DNA of 64,000 nucleotides from Lama glama. Taxonomy: Eukaryota. Of the stretch, positions 50,601 through 64,000 are shown in pieces. The notes under the pieces were generated by a model. It was given only the letters and a program-made list of their open reading frames with translations. It searched no databases and was not told the DNA's origin. The DNA lies in assembly GCA_028534125.1 (NCBI GenBank), contig CM052816.1, positions 9,736,001 through 9,800,000 of the forward strand, written 5' to 3'. How positions within the stretch are numbered: position 1 is the stretch's first letter; each line of letters opens with the position of its first letter. A program made the translations under genes and the position numbers.

Positions 50601-53600
50601 TATGTCCTGCTCCTCCTCCTCATAGACTGTACCACCTCTTCCAAAATTAGCTCCCCGTAGTTTCTCATTTACTTCCATTACATTGCTGTTTTCCTGTCTT
50701 AACTCATGGTGTTGCCTTTGCCTGGGATATTCTTTTCTTGAATCACTACATGTCTAAATTTTACATATCATACAGTGAGAAGTCAAAATTACTGTACTCT
50801 TCACAGAACATTTCTTAATACTCTAAGGAGTTTATCCTGAATTGGTAGCATGAAGATCAGTTGTGGCTTGTTGATAAATGTTTTTTTTTTTGACTCACAC
50901 AATGTTTTTAAATTAAAAAAAAAATAGTCCATGACTTTTATAGTTTGAATATTTAACAAGAAATAAAAATAAAACACAAGTGTGAAAAAAATATTTGGAC
51001 CCTTCGTTGCTGTGTCAAAAAGTCAGCTAAAGTTTAATGGTAACTGTCTCATTTGAATGTGTCCTTAATTTGTTGCTGACCTGAGAAGGCATTTGAGTTT
51101 GAGAATCTTGCCCTTTGACACTAAAAATACTTATTCTTCATGATTCTCATGACATGTATCTTACGCTTTTCTTATGTTCTACTTTGTAAAATTATGGCCA
51201 TCTGACATCTCATCTATTTGTCTAGATGTTCCTTGTGAACAGAATGTATATCTAATTAATCTTTTATCTTCCAAACTGGAAGCTTTTATTTCATACTTAC
51301 TCAAAAACAAATATGATTTGATAAAATAATTTGCATTATATATTCACCAGAGGTCAGTGGTTATTATTCTAGCCAACTGTTTACAAAATTTATCTTCTTC
51401 CTTGTTTTAAAAATGTAGGTATTTTCTCATGTCTAATTTTCTACCATTCCTTTCATTTCTTTGATTTCCTGTAGATACATTTCAACAGGACTGTAATCTC
51501 ACTTATAAACGCCTATGTCCCTGCTTCCTGATGAGACAGAAGGAATAGCACATTGCTAATTGTATCATTGGGAGTCAGATTTTGCGATTTGCACATGGTT
51601 GAATGGCAGTTCTCTCTTTAATTCATTTCTTATGGTTGAATTTTGTATATGTGTTTTTATATTAAGCCTCCTCAAATCTCTTATTTTGAAATTTAAAGTG
51701 TTACACCTTGGCATTAATTTGGGTAAGAGTCAAGAAGAGATTATTACAGTATAGGTTTAGGAACACTATGAAAGGATGCCATTATCCTTAGGTGTCAAAA
51801 AAAAATGGGTCAGAGTAATTTTGTTCTCTTCTTTGACATGGTAACTAGACTGGTAGAGCTAAGGTATATGGTAGGCATAATGGACTGAACATCAGCAAGG
51901 CATTTGATAAATCTCTCATACTGTAATGTGAAAGGTTAAAGACATATAAGTAGAGTTCTGTAATTGGTTGAAAAACTGAGCAAAAAGGTGATGATGGATG
52001 AATTAACATAACCAGAAGAATAGAATATTGTCCCAGTTGGTAATTTTATAACTGACTTAAAGGAACATATAGAAAGCACGCTTTAAATATGAAGTCCTGT
52101 CTCTGTCATCTTCTCCTTTTGGGATTCATTTTCTTGACTTGTATAGAGAGCATTTCATCTTGTTCATTTTGGACAGTCATCACTCCCATTATGTAGAGAT
52201 CTTTTTGACTCCTGACACAGAATCCCACCTTCAGTGATTTCATCAAATTTATCAATAAAAGTGTTCAAGGTAATAGGGCTGAAGTCTGCTCCTGGGGTCA
52301 TTTATCTTTCTCTTCTTAGAACGTTTATAAATCTCTTCTAAAGAGATTGGTACTGAATTGCTGTGCTGCATTATGTACTGATTAATTTTTGTTTGGTAGC
52401 TTTATCTACAATGTGATATTATAACCATCTTGAACACAAGACAGGGGTTTATCTTATTATTCTAAGTTCTACTGATACTTTTCAAGTGAAAAATGTGAAA
52501 ATACTGTTTTGACTTTTCTTTACATTTTTTAACTTATTAATCTTTTGGTTATCTTATCTAAACTGCCTCCTAATTTTCTGTACCACTCTTTGAACAGTGG
52601 GGCTTTTACGTGGTTTCTATAGGTTTTTTCGGCTTTGCCTCCTCTATCTTCTCATAGCAATTTGCACATGTGTTGAACATGGCACTTATGACATTGTGTT
52701 ATCCTTATATTCAAGGAGCTCACAGTTTAACAATCAGATATAGACAATAAAATTCAAATATAATGTAGTAACATTCTAGAAAACAGATTTTTTCAAAGTG
52801 CTGTGAATGCATAAAGGCCCAATTAATTTTTTAAGATAGTATCATCTCATGCCATACATCTTTTCTAATGATCATATCATCAGAGACAGTCTTATAAAAA
52901 AAATTCGCACAAATGTGGGTCTTGAAGGATAAATAAGAGTTCTGTAGCAAAATAAGACTGGTTGGAAGTGGAGGTGGGGTGCTAAAGAAGAGGAGGAGGG
53001 TACACAGGAAAAAATAAAACTGAGCTGAAATCTATGAGAATAGACATGAGTCCGTGAAAACTACTGACTCTCTGAACACCAAGTAGTTCAGTAAGGCAAA
53101 GCATAGGATACCTGGTAAGGATGTTGAAAAGGAGACTGAATATAGGCCAGGACCCAAAAGTTCCTGTTTGCAGCATGCACAGTGGCCCAAGGTGATTCAG
53201 CTAGCTCTGAATCACACAGCAGTAAAATTTCTTGCTGGCATACTGATTTTCCCTACCGTCCTAAATCGAAACATTTATTCACCCTCGGGAAAATGTGATG
53301 AAAAACAAGCTAGGGTGAATTGCATATTGGTAACAATGGGAAAAGGGAAATAGTTTCAGCCCATCTCAACATCTGGCTTTGCCTGTTCCCTTTGAAGTTT
53401 AATTATAACCCTCAGGGGAAGCCTCTTAAATGCTTGCTAACATACTCTACAAGATGGGGAGAAAGTTTGCCAAAGCCTTTTAAATCACAAGGAAGCAGTA
53501 TTTCCCAGGTCAAGTAATTTAGTTCAAACAAGTTATTATTAGGTTTGCCCGAAACCCTAGAGAAAAGCCTCTGCAAGAACTTTTATTCTAAGTTCAACAA

Positions 53601-55079
53601 TGTTGTTATTTCTGCTGAACAAATTCTCTCCCAGGTCTGTCAACTCTGGTCCAGACAAGTTACCCCAGGGAAACAGGAACTAGGTAGGAGTGCCTCCCCA
53701 TTGCTTAAAAAGCTTAGCCAGTAAAGTTAAAGAGCTTTAGCTTGAAATTCAGGGTTCCTCTGTGATCTGGCATACCTCCTGTCTCAATTTTATCTCCTGA
53801 TTTCCTTTCTAAACATCAGAGGATCAAACCACTAAAATCCTGAGTAATCTACATTTTTCTCTTCCTTTTGCCCATTAATATTTTCTCTGAAACAATTGTT
53901 GATACCGCTGCCTATCAGAATCTGATTTAGTTTGCCTGAACAAGATAAAATAAAGCCTATTCTAAAGTGTTTTCCACAGTTGTCCAAGAAGGAATCAATC
54001 CCTCTTCTGATTTATAATTAAACATAGATTTTACTGTTTATGTCTTACAGCATGTTATATTATGAGTATATATAGCTATCTGATAGATGTTACTTATTAT
54101 GACTTAAAATACTCTATAGCCTTTGACGGTAAAGATTTATTTGATATATGCCAGTATCCTTCATAACAACTAGAAAAAAGTAGTAGGAACTAAAAATGTT
54201 GGGTGGAATCAATGCATACATCAGTGCTTGTATGATTCTATTTACAGAAACTACATTTATTTTATGCAATTATGTTGCATATAGAAGTCAGTATGTGTGA
54301 CTTGGTCTTGTTGCCTGAGTATATGAAAAACAATCTTGTATCTGTCAGATAGTATGACCCAATGACTCCCTTATTACCATACCCTTGATGCAGGTAAATT
54401 TTGCATCATACTTTTTATTACAGATTGTTTTATGTAGAATAATCCCAAGTGATAAAACAATTTACCTCTATGCATAATAACTTACACAAGAGGAAGTCTT
54501 TTTCAATTCTGTGAAGTCCAGATGACTATCTGATTTACAGGCAGCTTTTTTCCAAGCTGTGATGAAAACACTCAGTTTCCTTTCATTTCTGGCTTCAACA
54601 CATTGCTCCAATTTGCCATGCTTACATGTGTCAAGGTGATGGGAAGAAGAAAAATATTGTAAAGGGGTCATGCATGATTATTTTTTTTTTTTTACCAATT
54701 TAGTTTAAAAGTGAAACACAGCACACTTATCATTGCTGAGAACTAGTCACATGATCACACTTACATACAATGAGAGGTAGAAAAATCAGTTCCTTTGTTG
54801 GACTTCTATTTCCCAGCAGTGATTCTGTATTCTCACAGAAGTGTATGAATTTTGTAGACAATTAGCCCCTGTGACTACCAGCTAATTATGCATATCCTTT
54901 TCCCCACACTTAGGACATACTCCACTCCTCCAAGAAGACAATCGTTTGTGCTATCCAGTCATTTCAACTAGCAAAAAGCTTAGGATTACTGAAAGTAGCT
55001 CTTTATGGAGACCTACACACTATAAGGCATGCTATCAGCCCTCATCACCTTCCCCATACTCAGTGTATAATGGAGGAGC

Positions 55080-57870
55080 TTCTTGGTGTGTACCTTTTTG
55101 GAAGGTAGCTACCATGCTGTGAGAAGCCCAGGTTACATGAAACTGTCCTACATAAGTGTTCCCATCAAGAGTCCCAACTGAACTCAGCCTTTAAGTCTTC
55201 CTGGCCAGATATCAGAACCTTCAGATGATTTTACTTCCCAGCCATTCAAGTCATCTCAACCAACTGAGTCTTCTGGAATGGAGGTTTCACATTATGGACC
55301 AGAGACACACTGTATTGCCTGTTTCTTGCCCCAGTAGAATCCATGAATACAATAAAATGGTTGTTTTTCTTTTCTTTTTTTCTTTATTGAGTTATAGTCA
55401 GTTTACAATGTTCTGTCAATTTCAGTGTAGAGCACAATTTTTCAATTATATATGAACATACATATATTCATTGTCTCATTCTTTTCACTGTGAGCTACCA
55501 CAAGATCTTGTATATATTTCTGTGTGCTATACAGTATGAACTTGTTTATCTATTCTATACATACCTATCAGTATCTACAAATTTTGAACTCCCAGTCTAT
55601 CCCTTCCTACCCACCTTCCCCCTGGCAACCACAAGTTTGTATTCTATGTCTATGAATCTGTTTCTGTTTTGTATTTATGTTCGTCTTTTTCTTTTCCTTT
55701 CTTTCTTTTTAGATACCACATATGAACGATCTCATATGGTATTTTTCTTTCTCTTTCTGGTTTACTTCACCTAGAATGACATTCTCAGGGACATTCATGT
55801 TGCTGCAAATGGCATTATGTTGTCATTTTATGGCTGAACAGTATTCCATTGTATACATATACCACCTCTTCTTTATCCAGTCATCTGTTGATGGACATTT
55901 AGGCTGTTTTCATGGCTTGGCTATTGTAAATAGTGCTGCTGTGTACATTGAGGTGCATGTATCTTTTCGAATTAGAGTTCCTTCTGGATATATGCCCAAG
56001 AGCAGGATTCCTGGGTCATATGGTAAGTCTATTCCTAGTCTTTTGAGGAATCTCCATACTGTTTTCCACAGTGGCTGCACCAAACTGCATTCCCACCAGC
56101 AGTGTAGGAGGGTTCCCTTTTCTCCATAGCCTCTCCAGCATTTGTCATTTGTGAACTTTTGAATGATGGCCATTCTGACTGGTGTGAGGTGATACCGCAT
56201 TATAGTTTTGATTTGCATTTCTCTGATCATTAGTGATATTGAGCATTTTTCATGTGCCTATTGATGATTTGTATGTGTTCCTTGGAGAATTGCTTGTTTA
56301 GGTCTTGTGTGCATTTTTGGATTGGGTTGTTTGGTTGTTTCTTATTAAGTCGTATGAGCTGCTTATCGATTCTGGAGATGAAGCCTTTGTCAGTTTCATG
56401 TTTTGCAAAAATTTTCTCCCAGTCCGTAGGTGATTGTTTTGCTATGGTTTCCTTTGCTGTGCAAAAGCTTGTAAATTTAATTAGGTCCCATTTGTTTATT
56501 CTTGCTTTTATTTCTATTGCTTGAGTAGACTGTCCTAGAACATTTTTGAGATGTATGTGAGATAATGTTTTGCCTGTGTTTTCTTCTAGGAGATTTATTG
56601 TATCTTGTCTTATGTTTAAGTCTTTGATCCATTTTGACCTTTATTTTTGTGTATGGTGTAAGGAGTGTTCTAGCTTCATTGCTTTACATGCAGCTGTCTA
56701 ATTTTCCCAACAAAAATGGTTATTTTATATCATTCACTTAATGCTGGTTTATAATACAGCACTAATAAGTATAACCAAATTTGGTATCTGGAGGCTGTGT
56801 TTGGAAATAAACTTCTAAACATACGGTGCTGGCTTTGGGACTAGGTGGCAGGCAGAAGCTAGAAGGGCCTAGAAGAAACTATTAACAGAAGGCTGATGAG
56901 CCTCAGAGAGGCTGTTAGAGAGGACTTAAATAAAAATGATAAAAATGGTACAAGAAGTTGTCGGAAAGGAGGCTTTTTAAAAAACTTAGTGCTGAAAAGT
57001 TTAGCAAAACTGAGGGCTGGAATAACATGGAAAATAGGGAAAAGATCATCTAATGGACTGACAGATCTTGCTCAGGAAGTTTCCAGGTTAAATGCTAAAA
57101 ATATCAACCAATTTCATCATAAGGTATAGGAAAGAGAGCTGAGCTAAAGATGGAATGTTTCAGTTTTCAAGTAGAATCTAGAGGGAATACAAAAGACCTA
57201 GGACTTTCTGGATTTGAAACCATAATTGTCTCTCATCCTCAGCAGAAAAGAGACTCAGGGTAAAAATTAAAGCCTGGTTGCTGCCAATAAAATGTCTCAA
57301 GATATATCCAAACCTGACACTGACAAACCCTCTTCAACCTCAGATAGTTTTCAGATGATCCCTCAAAATCCCCTTGTACTAGTCAGTAGGCCTTGTAAGA
57401 ATCTTAAGAATATACCTCATCAACTCTCCTTGAAACAACAGAGCCTCCTACATGGCATTGTCTGACAGTAACCGCACAGGGACCAAAGGTTGAGAAGGGC
57501 TTCTCTTACATAGATTTGAAGTGTGCCTTTGTCCAGTAAAGTGTGATACTGAATGATGCATAAAGAACCCAAAACATTTTTGAAGAAATCAAACAAGCCT
57601 AGACTGAAAGAGACACATTAAAAAAAATGAAGAGGCCGTGTTTTGTGAAATTTGATATAAGACATCTATAGACAGGAAGCAGGCTAAGAAAAGTACCCAG
57701 CTGTAAGCATGGGCCATTTCTTGTTGGGAGTGTCTAGGGGATGGGGGTGGGGTAAGTGACTAAGAGGGAATGACCAACAGACCAGAGGACAGAATCAAGA
57801 ACAGCACAGAGTTATTCCCAGGTAGCAGTATGGGGCCTTTATCAAAGAACTGGCAACTGGTGCCTGGTTA
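55080..57870 (+). mobile_element. MaLR (MLT1) LTR plus internal sequence, interrupted by an L1
   Basis: accatgctgtgagaagcccagg...agaatccatgaatacaataaaatggttg LTR motif; resumes after the L1; MLT-int start aatttggtatctgga...ggctttgggactagg. Confidence 0.65.
55365..56712 (-). mobile_element. Relatively young LINE-1 3' portion
   Basis: Minus-strand [25 protein letters not shown]...[19 protein letters not shown]; aaaatggtt on both flanks (TSD-like). Confidence 0.95.
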
Positions 57871-57879
57871 TTAGAGATT

Positions 57880-58979
57880 TACGTTGAAGGAAATGGCATA
57901 AAAATTATATTTAGACAGAATTATTCTGGCTGAATGTGTAGTGTTGGTGTATAATGTTGAATGTTGAATGCAGACGGAAAGAGTGGAAACAAGGATGGTC
58001 ATTAAAAGATTACAGTAATAACTGATGTGAAACAAGACAGTGGCTGCACTGAGGCTTAAGAATGGAGCTGATGAAAAGTGGTTAGCTTTAGGGTATATTC
58101 GAAGATAGAGCCAGAAGAATTTGCTGATGGATCACATGTTGGGTGTGAGAAGAAGAATGGAGTCAAGGATGATTATAAGGTTTTTGGCTTAGCAACTGGA
58201 AAAACTGGAGTTGCCATTTAATGAGTTGGGGAGCAATGAGAAAGAAACAGTGCGAGTGAGGGAAAGAATGGCAGGAGCTTAGTTTGGGACAGAGTAAGTT
58301 AGACATTCAGATCAGATGTTCAGATAAAAACGAGGAGTTGGCTGTTGTGTACAAGAATGTAGATCTCAGGAAAGAAGTATAGATTGGAGAGAGAAATCTG
58401 GATAGAGGATAGAGATCACTAAGAAAACAAGTAGAGGTAAAATCCAGAGTTCAGAGGCTGAAGCATTGCAGCACTCCAGTGTTTTGTGGTCAACTGATGA
58501 AGAGGAATTTGCAAAGAGACTGAGATGGAGAGTCCAAGAGGATGTTGTCTTGGAAGCCTAATGGGGGATAAAACATATTTTATAGAGGAAGGAATGCTTA
58601 ATTGTATGAAATGCAGTTGGTATGTGACATGAAATGAGGATTAAGGATTGACCATTGGTTTTTGCAAAATAGAGGCATCTCTGGCCTTGATAATAACAGT
58701 TTTGCTATAGTCATGGATGGAACTTGATTAGAGTAGACTTTAGGGAAAAAAGAAGGGAATAAACTAGAGTCAGTGTATGTGGCCCACTCTTTAAGAGAAT
58801 TTTGGTCTAATAGGAAGAAGTTACTGAAGAAAAGTCAAGGAAGATGTGGAATCCAGGAGTTATTTATTTTCTTTTTTGTATACATTTTTTAATTGGAGAA
58901 ATAACAGGAAGTATATAGACTGTTGGGAAAGGTCCAGAAGAAAGAGTAAATTGAGAATTCAGTATATTGATATAATTGC
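57880..58979. mobile_element. LINE-2 fragment
   Basis: ggagtcaaggatgattataaggtttttggcttagcaactggaaaaactggagttgccattta, a typical L2 motif. Confidence 0.75.
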
Positions 58980-58994
58980 TGAAACAACATTCTT

Positions 58995-59508
58995 TTTTTA
59001 AACATTTTTTATTGATTTATAATAATTTTATGATGTGTCAAATTCCAGTGTAGAGCACAATTTTTCAGTTATACATGAACATATATATATATCCATTGTC
59101 ACATTTTTTCTCCGTGAGCTACCATAAGATCTTGTATACATTTCCCTGTGCTATACAGTATAATCTTATTTATCTATTCTACATTTTGAAATCCCAGTCT
59201 GTCCCTTCCCACCTCCCACCCCCTTGGCAGCCACAAGTTTGTATTCTATGTCTATGAGTCTGTTTCTGTTTTGTATTTATGTTTTGTTTATTTGTTTGTT
59301 TTTTATTTTAGATTCCACATATGAGTGATCTCATATGGTATTTTTCTTTCTCTCTCTGGCTTACTTCACTTAGAATGACATTCTCCAGGAGCATCCATGT
59401 TGCTGCAAATGGCATTATGTTGTCGGGTTTTATGGCTGAATAGTATTCCATTGTATAAATATACCACATCTTCTTTATCCAGTCATCTGTTGATGGACAT
59501 TTAGGCTG
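58995..59508 (-). mobile_element. Young 5'-truncated LINE-1 with a 15-bp TSD
   Basis: TSD tgaaacaacattctt at 58980-58994 and 59509-59523; ORF2 tail [27 protein letters not shown]. Confidence 0.92.
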
Positions 59509-59535
59509 TGAAACAACATTCTTGAGAAGACAGTG

Positions 59536-60035
59536 NNNNNNNNNNNNNNNNNNNNNNNNNNNNNNNNNNNNNNNNNNNNNNNNNNNNNNNNNNNNNNNNN
59601 NNNNNNNNNNNNNNNNNNNNNNNNNNNNNNNNNNNNNNNNNNNNNNNNNNNNNNNNNNNNNNNNNNNNNNNNNNNNNNNNNNNNNNNNNNNNNNNNNNNN
59701 NNNNNNNNNNNNNNNNNNNNNNNNNNNNNNNNNNNNNNNNNNNNNNNNNNNNNNNNNNNNNNNNNNNNNNNNNNNNNNNNNNNNNNNNNNNNNNNNNNNN
59801 NNNNNNNNNNNNNNNNNNNNNNNNNNNNNNNNNNNNNNNNNNNNNNNNNNNNNNNNNNNNNNNNNNNNNNNNNNNNNNNNNNNNNNNNNNNNNNNNNNNN
59901 NNNNNNNNNNNNNNNNNNNNNNNNNNNNNNNNNNNNNNNNNNNNNNNNNNNNNNNNNNNNNNNNNNNNNNNNNNNNNNNNNNNNNNNNNNNNNNNNNNNN
60001 NNNNNNNNNNNNNNNNNNNNNNNNNNNNNNNNNNN
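59536..60035. other. Assembly gap (500 N), probably spurious
   Basis: 111 bp identical on both sides (59425-59535 = 60036-60146). Confidence 0.9.
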
Positions 60036-60179
60036 GGGTTTTATGGCTGAATAGTATTCCATTGTATAAATATACCACATCTTCTTTATCCAGTCATCTG
60101 TTGATGGACATTTAGGCTGTGAAACAACATTCTTGAGAAGACAGTGGAGGAGATAGTACGCACAGATGGAGGTGTTGGT

Positions 60180-62890
60180 CTTTTATAACTAAAATTGTAT
60201 TTAATGCGTACAACATGATTTGATATACATATATAGCAAAATGATTACTATAGTCAAGCTGATTAACATAGTTAATTAGCACACAGTTAGCATTTTTTAA
60301 TGAGAGCACCTGAAATCTATTCTTTTAGCAAGTTTCCAGTATTCAGTGCTGTATTATTAATTATAGTCACCATGCTGTGCTTATGTCTCTAGTCTTACTC
60401 ATCCTGCATAACTGCAATGCTGTACCCTTTGACCAACATCTTTCCATCTCCCCCACCTCTCCACCCCTGGTAACCACCTTTCTACTCTGTGCTTCTGTGT
60501 ATTTGCTTTTTTTAGATTCCACATATAAGTGGGATCATACAGTATCTGTCTCTCTGTGTCTGGCTTATTTCATTTAGCATAATGTCTTCCAGGTTCATTC
60601 ATGTAGTTGCAAATGACAGGGTTTCCTTCTTTTTAAGGCTGAATAATATTCCATTGTATATTTGTGTGTGTGTGTGTGTGTGTGTGTGTGGTTACAATTT
60701 CTTTATCCATTCATCTGTCAGTGGACACCGAGTTTACATGTCTTGACCATTGTGAATAATGTTGCGATGAATATGGCAGGTACTGATTTTCCTTCAAGGT
60801 ATTGATTTCATTTCCTTTGATACACTCAGAAGAGGGATTGATGGGCCATATGGTAGTTCTATATTTAGTTTTTTGAGGAACTTCAATATATTTTTGGATA
60901 ATGGCTCTACCAGTTTACATTCCCACCAACACTGTACAAGTGTCCCCATTCCTCCATATTTTCACCAACACTTGTTATCATTTGCTTTTTAGATAATAGC
61001 CATCATCACAAGCTGAACAGGTGTAAGGTAATATCTCATTACGGTTTTGATTTGATGAGAAGGGTGGGTCTTTTAATTTTTTTCTTCAAAGTTTTATTGA
61101 GGTAAAATTGACCTGTAATAAACCACACACATTGATAGTGTGCAGTTTGACAATTTGATATTTGTGTCCACCCGTAAAAACCAAACATCAAGATAATAAA
61201 CATATCCTCCACCATCCCCAAAGCTTCTACCACTGATACGGTTTCTGTGGCTGTAAGTTAGTTTGTAATTTTTTGATTGATATAAGTGGAATCATATGGG
61301 ATGCACTTTTCTTTTCACAGGCTTCTTTCACATACAATAATTTTTAGATCCATCCCTTTGATTTGCAAATATTCATTTTTGTATGACTTATTTACTATCC
61401 ATATATATATATGCTTTGATGTGTCTATTCAAATATTTTGCACATTTATATTTGGTTGTTAGTTTTCTTCTTATTAAGTTTTGGGAGTGTTATCTGTGCT
61501 AAATTCCATTCTTTCATTCGATATGGTCTTTGTATATACTTTCTCTAATTTGTCTTCTCTTTCTCATGAGTGTTTTTGGAAAAAAAATTTTAATTTGATG
61601 AAGTCCATGTTACAAATAGTTATTTTATGGATAATGCTTTTGGTGTCATATCTAAAGGACTTTTGGCTAATCTAAGGTCACAAAATATCTTCTAAAATTT
61701 TCTAGTTTTAGATCTTAGTTCTAGGATCCATTTTGAATTAACATTTGAATATGGTGTAAGCTACAGATTGAAATTCATTGTTTTTGCTTATCTACATTGA
61801 ATCATTTATTGTTGATCCATCTGGACCTGGAAATAAATATTTATTGAAAAAAATTTTAACTAGATAGGACTATTCATGTCATTTGTTTCTTCTTGAGTGG
61901 TTTGATAATTTGTGACTTTCAGAACATGATCTGTTTCATCTAGACCCTTAAATTCATGTGGATGGATTCCATTCATCATATTCTCTTATTATACAACCAG
62001 TATCTGTGAATTTCCTCTACTATTTCTGATATTGGTTATTTTTACTCTACATCCCCACTTTTTGGGCAACCATTTTAAAAGAAATGACTTTTGGTTTCAT
62101 TGATTTTAGCTATTGTTTTTATCCTTTCAGTTTCACTGATTTTTGGTATTACCTTCATTCTTCTTGCTTTAGATTGTATTTACTTTTTGTTTCCTTTTTA
62201 TTTAAATGGGAAACTTAGACTGCTGATTGATATATTTCTTTACTTACACCATTAAATGCTATGCATGTCCCTCTAAGCAGTACTTTGGTGCAACCCATAA
62301 ATTTTGATAGAATGTTTTCATATTTCATTCCACTAAAAATTGCTTGAGTCTTCCTCAGTAACCCATGAGTTATTTAGAAACCATGTGTTGTTTAACTTTC
62401 AAAGAATTGTGGATTTTTTGAGATATTTTTCAATTGTAGACTTCTAATTTAATTTTTTCTTGGTCAGAGAACATACATTGTGTGATTTCTTTTAAATTTT
62501 TTAAGATTAGTTTTATGCCCCATGGTATGGTCTATCTTAGTGTATATGTGTAATTGAAAAAAAATTATGTAATCTGCTGTTGTTGGGTGAAGTGCTCTAT
62601 AAATGTCAACTAGGATGATTTATCTGGTGGTGGTGTTCAGATCTTCTGCCCACTTGTTCTGTCAATTACTCAGGGAAGTGTTAACATCTCCAGTTATATT
62701 TGTTAATTTAAAAAATTCTTAGAGTTCTATTGATTTTTGCTTAACATATTTTCACGATCTGTTATTAGATTAATATACATCTAGGATTGTTATTAGGTAA
62801 AAATGCATCTGTAATTGCCCCCTTTATCATTATGTAATGTTCCTGTTTATCCCTGGTAATACTTCTTGTTCTGAAGTCTGCTTTGTCTGC
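60180..62890 (-). mobile_element. Nested old LINE-1 fragments, with a (GT)n microsatellite at ~60663-60690
   Basis: Antisense L1 3' motifs (ttagattccacatataagtggga; ttaaggctgaataatattccattg; cttggtcagagaacatacattgtgtgatt). Confidence 0.85.
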
Positions 62891-62984
62891 CATGTGGTTC
62901 TTTTAACTGTCAATAAGATTAGGGGAGGGAGAAGTAAACCAAAAGAATTATCCACTTTTCAAGAATGTAGATGAAAAGCTCAGG

Positions 62985-63300
62985 GCACAGGACAGCCTTT
63001 CCAGCTAGCTAGAAATTATGTTGAAATTGAGTTAATATTCTTTATGGCAGAGAGGCTGAATAGAAAAGAACAGATACTCCCAGGTGACAGTACCACTGAG
63101 CTTCATGTTACCAGGAGGTACCAACTGCAGCTCTGTGAGTAAGGCTGTTTTGAAACTTCCACCCACATCAGCACTCCAGCTGACCCCATGTGAAGCAGAA
63201 TTAGTCAACCCCCCATATTGTGAAAACAACAAATTGTTATAATTGCTTTAAGCCACTCAGTTTTGGAGTATTTGCTGTTTAGCAGTAGATCACCAAAGCA
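62985..63300 (+). mobile_element. MaLR (MLT1-like) LTR remnant
   Basis: tgctttaagccactcagttttggagtatttgctgtttagcagtagatcac, a typical MLT1 3' end. Confidence 0.6.
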
Positions 63301-64000
63301 CGATGGCAGAGTGAAATCAGACCATAGAATTGCTTTCTTCTAAATTTAAACAAAATGAAAAGAGTGTCAAAATTTTTTGTCAGTATCAAAAAAATACATA
63401 GGGTCCAGGTTGCAAAGTACATTGCAAAATTTGAAAATAGGGGGGAAAAATCTGATATGTCAAAACGTAACTTCTAACCTGAAATTTACCCTCAGATGGA
63501 AAATAATGAGATTACAAAACTCTGAAAGTTTTTCACAAGTAAGACTATTTGAAGACTAGGAAGAGGGCATTTTTATTGTTTTCCTCTTCTGATAGCTTGG
63601 AGACTTAAAGAATGAAAAGAGACACCATGAAATGAAAGTTGAAAGAAGTGAATTCAGAAGTTAGATCTAGTCCTCTTTGATGGAAACTTAGACTCCCAAG
63701 TTCCAGACCAAAATGGGGGAATAAATGAATCACTAAGCTATATTTTCCGTGTGCTTAAGATATATTACTGTTCATGACAATTTAAAAGGAGAGAAAGCAG
63801 AGACAGCCAGATTCTTCTGACAAAGGATATATTCTGTCTAGCTGAGCTCTCCTTATTTAATCTCAAACTTCACAGCACCTATTTCTGGTATGAGCCACTT
63901 GTTGGATATGTGTTGGAAACATTTTCTCCTAGTTGGTGGCTTACTTTTTACTCTACTAATGGTGTATTTTGATGAACTGATGTTCTTAATTTTAATATTT

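Noticed and set aside
51475..51550. Acceptor followed by QDCNLTYKRLCPCF as a Kazal exon
   Set aside because: Wrong phase and spacing, early stop, no CG-x-(D/N)G motif

Overview
Mammalian genomic DNA, most likely a camelid: several tRNA-Ala-derived SINEs of the vic-1 type are present. The window is rich in L1, L2 and LTR repeats and contains five N-gaps. It is part of the Kazal-type serine protease inhibitor (SPINK) cluster, whose small exons are almost all missed by the ORF track; I rebuilt them by hand from splice sites and intron phases. (1) A complete 4-exon minus-strand gene (12046->8366, 84 aa) encodes a secreted 6-Cys Kazal protein resembling bull seminal acrosin inhibitor I (BUSI-I), but with Ser rather than Arg at P1. 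(2) A complete 4-exon plus-strand MARCOL (MARCO-like) gene (24069->29455, 294 aa) has a signal peptide, a 9-aa Gln/Gly/Lys/Pro tandem repeat and, notably, an intact C-terminal 4-Cys Kazal domain. This suggests a cross-linkable or collagen-like tether fused to a protease inhibitor. (3) Exons 1-2 of a SPINK6-like gene lie on the minus strand (45615->43222); its Kazal exons are not visible. (4) Several further SPINK-like exons or pseudo-exons (1674-3308 +, 14192-19191 -, 32020-34395 -) point to gene birth-and-death. Homology calls come from recalled sequences, not database searches.
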